DNA from: Rickettsiales bacterium
GTDB lineage: Bacteria > Pseudomonadota > Alphaproteobacteria > Rickettsiales > JABSSG01
Reading direction: 5' to 3'
Assembly (NCBI GenBank): GCA_013214525.1
Contig: JABSSG010000001.1
Coordinates: 18,514 to 82,513 of the forward strand
Length of the DNA stretch: 64,000 nt
Shown: positions 56,701 to 63,669 of the stretch, piece after piece
Layout: each line of letters opens with the position of its first letter
Position numbering within the stretch: position 1 is the stretch's first letter
Translations under genes and position numbers: made by a program
The notes under the pieces: generated by a model
Seen by the model: the letters and a program-made list of their open reading frames with translations, nothing else
Databases searched by the model: none
Told to the model about the DNA's origin: nothing

Positions 56701-57947
56701 ATAAAAATAAACTTACTAGCACAATAATAAAGGATTTCAATATAACAAACCTAGAATTACTTACTGCTGTTGGTAAAGATATTATTGATGCAGCTCAAGC
56801 TGTAAAACTAGGAGTAAAACCGCAACAAGCCCTCGAGGCATTTAAAAATAACACCATAGATTCAAATCAAGCTCAAGCATTAGGTGTCACTCCCCAAGAA
56901 GCCCTCAATTCATTCCTAAAAAATTCAGGTGGCATTACTGCAACAGCAGCAAAAACATTGGGAGTAAATCAACCAATGATCGATTCCCAAGTAAATACTT
57001 GGCTAAGTAACCCATCTTCTGCTAAATCAGAAGATATAAATAAGTGGGCAAAATTACAAACAGCTGTTAATGATAAGATAAATCTAAAAACCACTCTCCA
57101 ACAAAAAGCATTGGGCAAATTAGACTCAACTACTGACATCCCTTCAGCAAAAACAATAAAGGATGCAAAAGCTTTATATCAAGCTGCAGGTGGAACAGAA
57201 TCTGATCCAACTTACAAAAGAAAAATGAGATTAATACAAAGAGAAATACTAAAAGACTTAGGAAATTCTAACAATGCTAATGATTTCAATGAATTAAAGG
57301 AGATATATCAAGCAGCCAATGGTTCTCTTACTCAAAGTCGTTTTAAAAATGCACAAGATAAAATTCAAGAAAATATAAAAAACGATATAAATAATATGTT
57401 AAAGGAAAAAGATATTAACATTAAAAATGCTCGTGAAACAATAAATAGGCTTGCTGCATTATCTGATGCTGCTGGCGGAAATAACACGGCTGAATTTAAA
57501 ACAAAACTACGTAAGCAAATCACAACTAGAATTAATACTAACCCAGAAAACAAAATAGATTTACTAACTCTATATGAAGCAGCTGGTGGAAAGAAAGCAG
57601 ACTTTCAACCAAAATCAAGAGCTAAAAAATCAAAGGCTGGAGAAACTGCTATAATTATACAGAAAAAATTGACCCCAAGCATTCAATCAAGAAAGAAACA
57701 AGAAATACGAGGAACATCAACAACAACTGGTGTACCTACTAAATTAAAAAAATCTTCTAAAACTACACCTAAGAAGTGGTATGATCTGACGAGATGGTTT
57801 ACAAAAGATTCTACAGTAAAACAAGCACCAGATACTAAAGATCAACCTTCTATAAAATCAGAAAGAACTTCTAAAAAAGATAAGCAAAAATCTAAAATTA
57901 AGGATGATTACAAAAAACTAGAAGAGGAAGACGTAGAGGTAGAGTAA
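53718..57947 (+). CDS. Giant repeat-rich secreted/surface protein, candidate cargo of the adjacent TpsB-like transporter (module 2)
   Basis: 1409 aa, starting 6 nt after tpsB-like gene 2. N-terminal hydrophobic anchor/signal, an acidic stretch, a His-rich N-domain related to the 716-aa protein, seven units of about 58 aa, an array of about 30-aa units, and a basic C-terminus with KKWYDLTRW. Confidence 0.65.
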   Translation: MYQFLKNKHPKTTSRHILHILLMLILVALLTIYNTSYTETSDDSETEAEEIETEEATDNIEENINGTIEAAKEHFLDPNAKVKVDLTKHEIKLYTSHDKNTNTYYTYATVVDENGNVMDHINFTQNKKGDVTKSSVGVKPKNSWWKNHISITKSSPIADAKTTYITGVLPRDNPNARFIMHSSEEKHIDAVKKNKSENLLKNILAKDVNSVKAIVTTNLNEDEDKIDVHYIHNQKDGSQHSTHSSQSGEAISKPSYFDELFENYAKGKTATVSKLVTSENEIWNTYLDLENTSASDTTHVKKLYIKAGGTETDLTQKALKEFKKTSSKIDANQAATLGLTATNIINDTNFDQTKVQNLYNAQPKPKTGTKPSFDEFLISSYKDNTITTPARAVALGLTATNIVNDANFNQTKVNDLYDAETYTGSGKKPTFNKFVASKYKDYTVNATRAVALGLTAINIVNDANFNQIKVQNLYNAQPKPKTGIKPSFDEFLISSYKDDKITTAARATDLGLTVDDTLNSTLSKGKVEDLYISEQKFTFLKSEETTQTFEAFVTDSFENNNIKTTERAADLGLTSANTVGTTLTKDKVKDLHTFEQKGKKTKQTFNAFLISSYKDNTITTPARAVALGLTATNIINDANFDQTKVQNLYNAQPKPKNGTKPSFDEFLISSYKDDKITTATRAADLGLTAANIVNDANFDQAKVQGLYNAEIGPKLPFIQFVINAYEGGEITNAARATDLGLTAEKSLVAFREDNLSATKAKQLVTTDKIITAFQDGNLNKDKAGELLTIEEVFNAFLAKQLNALQTKYLHLATGGSLSQLTQEALIQFAGNRITPKQAKNLGVNEDLAIDQFKAGKLNKDKTKLLVTPQQAFKAFESNTIDSNQAQALGVTSQQALESYNQLGGINLAQAKALGVQNKDVIEYYKNKLTSTIIKDFNITNQELLTAVGKEIIDTAQAVKLGITSQQAFKAFESNTIDSNQAKALGVQNKDVIEYYKNKLTSTIIKDFNITNLELLTAVGKDIIDAAQAVKLGVKPQQALEAFKNNTIDSNQAQALGVTPQEALNSFLKNSGGITATAAKTLGVNQPMIDSQVNTWLSNPSSAKSEDINKWAKLQTAVNDKINLKTTLQQKALGKLDSTTDIPSAKTIKDAKALYQAAGGTESDPTYKRKMRLIQREILKDLGNSNNANDFNELKEIYQAANGSLTQSRFKNAQDKIQENIKNDINNMLKEKDINIKNARETINRLAALSDAAGGNNTAEFKTKLRKQITTRINTNPENKIDLLTLYEAAGGKKADFQPKSRAKKSKAGETAIIIQKKLTPSIQSRKKQEIRGTSTTTGVPTKLKKSSKTTPKKWYDLTRWFTKDSTVKQAPDTKDQPSIKSERTSKKDKQKSKIKDDYKKLEEEDVEVE

Positions 57948-57994
57948 AAATTAAAATTAGTTGTTTGTAACCACCTATACTCAACAACCCATCA

Positions 57995-59992
57995 CTAAAT
58001 ATTAAAATATTTTTTCTTAGATGGTGTTTGTTCTTCCCCACCACTTTTATCTGTATTATCTCTAAATCCTTGTTTTCTTTGCCTATAAGGTCTTGATTTT
58101 CTTGCGTCTCCAGATTTATCTCCACCACGATGCCAAGAACCTTGTGTATTGTCTCTATTATTATTTCTACTTTTCCCTCTAGGTTTTTTCTTAAATCTAG
58201 GCGGCTTAGGACTTCTACTTTCGTATGAAGTACCTTCTCTATTGTAATTAATCTCATCCTCTTCTTCAAAATCAGCTACTTCTTCATTTGAGGAAATATC
58301 TTTTTTACTTTCAAGATCGTCTTTATCATTCTTTTCAGAAGATTCTTCCATGCTCTTTATGCTAAGCCTATATTTCCCTTTATATTGATCCATTTCAACC
58401 AGCTTAACTTGAATTTTTTCATCTACCTTCAATACATCATGGATATTTTTTATCCTCTTATGCGAAATTTCACTTATATGAAGCAATCCTTCCCTATTAA
58501 GAAATCTGACTACAGCACCAAAATCTAAAATCTCTTTTATCACTCCTTCATATATATTACCTAACTCTGGATCTGTTGTAATATCTATAATCATTTTTGT
58601 TGCTGCATCTCCAGATTCTTTATCTGTAGCAGTAATTGAAACTATTCCTTCATCAGTAATATCTATTTTAGCTCCTGTTTTAGCACAAATTTCTTTGATC
58701 ATTTTACCACCAGGACCTACCACACTGCCTATCTTCTCTTTATTTATTGGCATCTTGACAATAGAAGGAGCAAACTTACTTACTTCTTCTCTAGGGTTAG
58801 CAAGTGCTTTTGAAATATCTTTTAAAATAGAAAGCCTACCTTTCTGAGCCTGTTTTAAAGCTACATCCATAATTTCTTTGGTAATACCAGGAATTTTTAT
58901 ATCCATCTGTAATGCAGTAATACCTTCTGCTGTTCCAGCAACTTTAAAGTCCATATCACCTAAACTATCTTCATCTCCTAATATATCAGATAAAACTTTA
59001 AATTTACTTCCTTCCTTAACAAGCCCCATTGCAATACCAGCAACTGGTCTTTTTAGAGGAACTCCTGCGTCCATAAGAGCTAAAGTAGTTCCACAAACTG
59101 TAGCCATTGAAGATGACCCGTTTGATTCGGTAATTTCAGATACAACTCTTATTGTATAAGGAAAATCTTCTTTTGAAGGTAACATAGGATAAATAGCTTT
59201 CCATGCTAATTTTCCATGACCAATTTCTCTTCTACCAGGAGGTCTCATAAAACCTGTCTCACCTACTGAATAAGGTGGAAAATTATAATGTAGTAAGAAA
59301 TGTTCCTTAGTGTCTTGATCCATTGAATCAATAATCTGTTCATCTTGTGGGCCACCTAGTGTTGTTACAACCAAAGCTTGAGTTTCCCCACGAGTAAATA
59401 ATGCAGAACCATGCGTTCTAGGTAAGATTGATGCTTCAGAACTGATTGGTCTAATTTTTGTCATATTACGACCATCAATACGTGACCCTTTTAAAATATT
59501 CTTTCTAACAATTTTTTCTTTAAGAGACTTAAATATAGAAGAAACAGTTTGTTTTAATTCAGGTTCTGGATCAATCTGATCAAAAACTTTTGACCTTAAC
59601 AATTTCACTTTTTCTTCTCTTTCTTTCTTATCTGCTATTTTAAGTAATTTTGTAAGCTCTTTATCTGCAATAGTTTTAATTTTCTTTTCTAATGCATTAT
59701 CAAATGCATCAAGTTTAGCTTCCAAAGTAGGTTTACCAGCAGCTTTCTTGAAAGACTCTATTAACTTAATAACTGGTTGAAAACTTTTATGAGCAAAATC
59801 TATTGCTTTAATCATCTGATCTTCAGGAACTTCGTTTGCTACTGCTTCCACCATTAAAATAGAATCTTTAGTACCAGCTACAACTAAATCCAAGTCTAAA
59901 ACTTCTTTTTCTTCTCCTAAAACCGGATTTAAAATAAGCTTACCATTATTCTGACTCACTCTAACAGCACCAATCGTGTTTGTAACTGGCAC
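57995..59992 (-). CDS. pnp: Polyribonucleotide nucleotidyltransferase (PNPase), major part downstream of an in-frame TGA; carries a basic low-complexity tail of about 115 aa
   Basis: Second RNase PH domain, KH (GPGGKMIKEI) and S1 (GVIKEILDFGAVVRF) domains. The reading frame is continuous with 60074..60421 except for one TGA. Confidence 0.9.
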   Translation of the reverse strand: MPVTNTIGAVRVSQNNGKLILNPVLGEEKEVLDLDLVVAGTKDSILMVEAVANEVPEDQMIKAIDFAHKSFQPVIKLIESFKKAAGKPTLEAKLDAFDNALEKKIKTIADKELTKLLKIADKKEREEKVKLLRSKVFDQIDPEPELKQTVSSIFKSLKEKIVRKNILKGSRIDGRNMTKIRPISSEASILPRTHGSALFTRGETQALVVTTLGGPQDEQIIDSMDQDTKEHFLLHYNFPPYSVGETGFMRPPGRREIGHGKLAWKAIYPMLPSKEDFPYTIRVVSEITESNGSSSMATVCGTTLALMDAGVPLKRPVAGIAMGLVKEGSKFKVLSDILGDEDSLGDMDFKVAGTAEGITALQMDIKIPGITKEIMDVALKQAQKGRLSILKDISKALANPREEVSKFAPSIVKMPINKEKIGSVVGPGGKMIKEICAKTGAKIDITDEGIVSITATDKESGDAATKMIIDITTDPELGNIYEGVIKEILDFGAVVRFLNREGLLHISEISHKRIKNIHDVLKVDEKIQVKLVEMDQYKGKYRLSIKSMEESSEKNDKDDLESKKDISSNEEVADFEEEDEINYNREGTSYESRSPKPPRFKKKPRGKSRNNNRDNTQGSWHRGGDKSGDARKSRPYRQRKQGFRDNTDKSGGEEQTPSKKKYFNI

Positions 59993-60073
59993 ACCTGAAA
60001 TAGCAAGAGCAGCAGAAACACCAATTAGTGCTGGAATATCAGGATTATTTTTTCCGTCATAAGATAAAACTGA

Positions 60074-60421
60074 TCAAATAATTTGTACGTCATGATGAAA
60101 ACCCTTAGGAAATAAAGGCCTGATAGGACGATCAATCAACCTAGAAGTTACTGTTTCTCGGTCAGATGATTTTCCTTCTCTTTTAAGAAAGCCCCCAGGG
60201 ATCTTACCAGTGGCAAAAAACATTTCCTTGTAATGCACATTTAAAGGAAAAAAATCTGCTCCTTCTACTACATCTCTACACATTACTACTGTGCAAAGCA
60301 ATTTTGTTTCACCATACGAAACTAATACTGCCCCATCTGCTTGTTTTGCTATCCTACCTGTTTCTAAAGTTAGTACTTGATCGCACCATTTTAGTTCTTT
60401 TTTTATTACTTTATTCGCCAT
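60074..60421 (-). CDS. pnp: PNPase N-terminal fragment (first 115 codons), ended by an in-frame TGA at 60074..60076
   Basis: [26 protein letters not shown] and [13 protein letters not shown] are typical of the PNPase N-terminal RNase PH domain. Confidence 0.9.
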   Translation of the reverse strand: MANKVIKKELKWCDQVLTLETGRIAKQADGAVLVSYGETKLLCTVVMCRDVVEGADFFPLNVHYKEMFFATGKIPGGFLKREGKSSDRETVTSRLIDRPIRPLFPKGFHHDVQII

Positions 60422-60422
60422 A

Positions 60423-60704
60423 TTATTTTACTACACTCCTAATATTCAGTTCTTTTATTAATTTATGATATTCATCTGGATTCTTTTTATATAAGTATTT
60501 TAACAATTTTTTTCTCCTTCCAACAAGAATTATCAAACCATATCTACAATGATTATCCTTTTTATGAATTTTTAAATGAGCTGTAAGATTATTAATCCTC
60601 TCAGTTAAAATGGCTACTTGCACTGATGTAGAACCAGCGTCATGTCCTTCTTTTTTAAATTTTTCAATTATTTCCTTTTTCTTTTCTTTTAAAATCGACA
60701 TCAA
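60423..60704 (-). CDS. rpsO: 30S ribosomal protein S15
   Basis: [34 protein letters not shown] motif, immediately upstream of pnp. Confidence 0.9.
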   Translation of the reverse strand: MMSILKEKKKEIIEKFKKEGHDAGSTSVQVAILTERINNLTAHLKIHKKDNHCRYGLIILVGRRKKLLKYLYKKNPDEYHKLIKELNIRSVVK

Positions 60705-60715
60705 AACCTCCTTAT

Positions 60716-61606
60716 TTAAAAGTTAAAAATTGTTGTTGGCTTAAAATATTGCCCATCAATTTTTCCTATACCAATTGGGATTCCATCAGCTCTTGCAAGA
60801 ACGCAATCTTTATCAGTTAAAGCTTCATACTTGGGCAATAATACTGCATTTCCATGAATAATCTTTTCTGCTTCCTTAGAAGAAAAATTAAGGGCCAAGA
60901 TGTCGTCCAGCACCTTCCATGTAAGCAATACTGCTCTTTCAAGTTGGTCATTATGCACTATTTTTTTAAACTTTTCCAGAGGAATTATATTTTTATTATC
61001 AAATATACCCACTTTAGTTCTTCTTAATGCTACTACATGACCACAAGAATGAAGGTTTTTTGCTAAATCGTGAGCTATAGAACGCACATAAGTGCCCTTT
61101 CCACATAACATTCTTAAAGTAAGCTCATAATTTAGCACATCGTAAGACTCTATTTGAATAGTTTTTATGTTTACTACCCTAGAGGGTAAAACCACAGATT
61201 TATTTGCCCGAGCTAGATTATAAGCTCGCTTCCCACCAACTTTAACAGCAGAATAAATAGGAGGTGTTTGCTCTATTTCTCCTACAAAATTTTTTAACGC
61301 AGACTTTATTTGTGGAAGAGTTGGATAATTAGCACTAGTTGCAATAACTTTTCCTGTTCTATCATAGCTATCAGTTGCTTCACCAAATTTTAATGTAAAA
61401 ACATATTCTTTATCATGACCTTGGACAAATCGCATAGTTTTTGTAGCTTTGCCAAAAGCAATTGGCAAAATACCTGTAGCCATAGGGTCTAACGTACCAG
61501 CATGACCAACTCTTTTTGCTTTTAATAATTTTTTAACTATCGCTACTGCTTGTGCAGACGACATCCCCTCTGGCTTATCTATGTTAATCCAACCATGTTC
61601 AAGCAT
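60716..61606 (-). CDS. truB: tRNA pseudouridine-55 synthase TruB
   Basis: GWINIDKPEGMSS and HAGTLDPMATGILPI catalytic-Asp motifs. Confidence 0.9.
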   Translation of the reverse strand: MLEHGWINIDKPEGMSSAQAVAIVKKLLKAKRVGHAGTLDPMATGILPIAFGKATKTMRFVQGHDKEYVFTLKFGEATDSYDRTGKVIATSANYPTLPQIKSALKNFVGEIEQTPPIYSAVKVGGKRAYNLARANKSVVLPSRVVNIKTIQIESYDVLNYELTLRMLCGKGTYVRSIAHDLAKNLHSCGHVVALRRTKVGIFDNKNIIPLEKFKKIVHNDQLERAVLLTWKVLDDILALNFSSKEAEKIIHGNAVLLPKYEALTDKDCVLARADGIPIGIGKIDGQYFKPTTIFNF

Positions 61607-61630
61607 TTACGTTTCTAACTATTAATTAAT

Positions 61631-61807
61631 ACACATACTCATCTTCCTGGAAACCACGGTTTTTAAATCCCAGTTATGGACTAGAAAAACTTTAGAATGT
61701 TTTTAAGCAAAAATTAGTATTTATTTTGAAGGAATAGCAGAGCTATTTCAAGAAAAAAGTACTAATTTACAACAAAAATATAATATTTTTTTAATCCATA
61801 ACTGGGG
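61631..61807. repeat. Family A left-arm fragment (61631..61666) fused to a full family C element (61665..61807)
   Basis: ACACATACTCATCTTCCTGGAAACCACGGTTTTTAA, then AAATCCCAGTTATGGACTAGAAAA ... TTAATCCATAACTGGGGG. Confidence 0.75.
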
Positions 61808-61850
61808 GCATACGCACTTTATAAAATTATATCTTTATAAAATTATATTT

Positions 61851-63473
61851 TTATAACTCACTCTTCTCATCAACCTCGTGTGCCGCTCCAAGCATAGGAA
61901 TAGAATCTCTTGTATTTGTGTTGGGCAAGAGATCATGTGCATTATCTTCACAACTTTCTGCAACAACATCTTCATATTCCTTGATTTCAAAAACCGATTC
62001 TAACATTATTGAAAATAATACCTCATCATTATGCACTCTGAAAAGCCCCGTATCAGCATCAAAAGAAATATCTTGAGATTGCTTTAATGCTTCAGATATT
62101 TTTCCATCAGCTATAGTGGTCATCTTAAAAAGATTAGAACAAAACTCTAAAGAAACTTTAAAATATGTATTTGCCATCTTACATTCCTCAGGAGTTTCTT
62201 TCCATTGATTAGCACGAATATTACAGCTCGATACTAACCTTAGATATTTTATTGGATAAGAAAAACACATTGATTTAGTAAATGCTATATATCTAGTTGT
62301 ACCCTCCTGAAAACCACGATCAATATATGCTTCAAAATCTGATTGAGATACATCCAATACTATAGTAGAGATTGCTGTAGTTTCTGAATTTTTTGAAACA
62401 TCATTTTCTTTAGTCGAGCTATAATCGTTACCCTCATCTACAGCACCAGTACTACGCTCAAAAAAAGTATTCATTAAGCTTTGCACCGTATTACTGAAAA
62501 AATTACTTGTACCCGATGCTTCTTCTTCAAAAGTCTCTTCCTCTTTACCCTGAGCTTTATATACTATGCTAATAACACTTTCAAAAGCATTTTTTAAAAA
62601 ATCTATTCCTGATAATGAAAAAGTCTTTTTTTTATCTACCTGATCTACTTGATCACTTTCCACTCTAGAATCCATATTACGAATTTGATTATATATAGCA
62701 ACAACATTATCTGGACTATCTGAAATTACAAATTCTTGTGGATTGATCACCGCTTTCACTAATATAGGAAGAATTCCCTTAGTTACACCATCCATATGGT
62801 CAATACATATCGAACTTTTTTGTGTTGCTGAGTATAGATTAACTAAGAATCCAAGTGCTAAATCTATTGAACTTCCGACTTTTAAAGCACTTAGAGAAGA
62901 TATTGGGTAATAACAATAGAGCGATAAATATATAATAGAAGATAATATTCCTATATCAGAAAATACCCCTATTGGATTTTCAACAATATTACCTAGAACA
63001 GCAAAAACAGAACTCACTGAACCATACATAATCTTATCTGGTAATGGGATATACACAGGACTATATGTAGTATTGAGCAATTCTGCTAACAACGTCTGGT
63101 TTAAGAATAAATCTTTAGCACCAACATCTCCTATCAGTTCTTGTATTGACCTTTTAGCATAATTTGTAATTCTATCACTTGTATCATCTTGTACTGCCCA
63201 TTTTTGAAGAGAATTAATTTTTTCTGAAAATAAATTTAAAGAGAGCTTATTTTGTATATTGGAAGAAATTGAAATATCAAAACCAAATGACCCTGTAATA
63301 TTCTTATCATTTAAAAGTCTATTCTCCAAAACTTCTAAAGCAATTTGAGTTGCATTTTGAAGTGCATTAAATTTATTTTGATATTCTTGAATTTTATGCA
63401 ATTGCTTTTCGTTAAGTTGTTGTTTTTTTATTATTTCTTCTATGTTTAATTTAGTTTCCTTTGCTTTACTCAT
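61851..63473 (-). CDS. Hypothetical protein (orphan; central hydrophobic region, acidic tail)
   Basis: 540-aa ORF with no signal peptide or family recognised. It has a coiled-coil-like N-terminus and a hydrophobic stretch around residues 150 to 215. Confidence 0.5.
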   Translation of the reverse strand: MSKAKETKLNIEEIIKKQQLNEKQLHKIQEYQNKFNALQNATQIALEVLENRLLNDKNITGSFGFDISISSNIQNKLSLNLFSEKINSLQKWAVQDDTSDRITNYAKRSIQELIGDVGAKDLFLNQTLLAELLNTTYSPVYIPLPDKIMYGSVSSVFAVLGNIVENPIGVFSDIGILSSIIYLSLYCYYPISSLSALKVGSSIDLALGFLVNLYSATQKSSICIDHMDGVTKGILPILVKAVINPQEFVISDSPDNVVAIYNQIRNMDSRVESDQVDQVDKKKTFSLSGIDFLKNAFESVISIVYKAQGKEEETFEEEASGTSNFFSNTVQSLMNTFFERSTGAVDEGNDYSSTKENDVSKNSETTAISTIVLDVSQSDFEAYIDRGFQEGTTRYIAFTKSMCFSYPIKYLRLVSSCNIRANQWKETPEECKMANTYFKVSLEFCSNLFKMTTIADGKISEALKQSQDISFDADTGLFRVHNDEVLFSIMLESVFEIKEYEDVVAESCEDNAHDLLPNTNTRDSIPMLGAAHEVDEKSEL

Positions 63474-63669
63474 ACTATTCCTTTAATTAAATAAATTGAT
63501 TTTTGACTTTACCCCTTCAAACTCGAATAATGTTTTTTTAATCCATTACCCAGGATTCAAATATTTAATAATCGTAAAAATTTTAAAAATCAACTTAAGA
63601 TTTATAAAGCTTAATGTGGCTTACATCTAAATAATCAGATATTTTAAAGAAGAAAACAGAGAGGCACAC

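Noticed and set aside
60074-60076. TGA reassigned to Trp (genetic code 4) as the explanation for the pnp stop.
   Set aside because: TGA is used as a genuine stop elsewhere in the window: lptC at 29230..29232 in an ATGA overlap, the mlaC-like gene at 45216..45218, and tsaB at 23305..23307. All other conserved genes are intact under the standard code. Trp is also not expected at this position.
60074-60076. Selenocysteine insertion at the pnp TGA (it sits at a Cys position).
   Set aside because: No hairpin resembling a bacterial SECIS is evident immediately downstream, PNPase is not a known selenoprotein, and Rickettsiales are not known to carry sel genes. This cannot be fully excluded without the whole genome.
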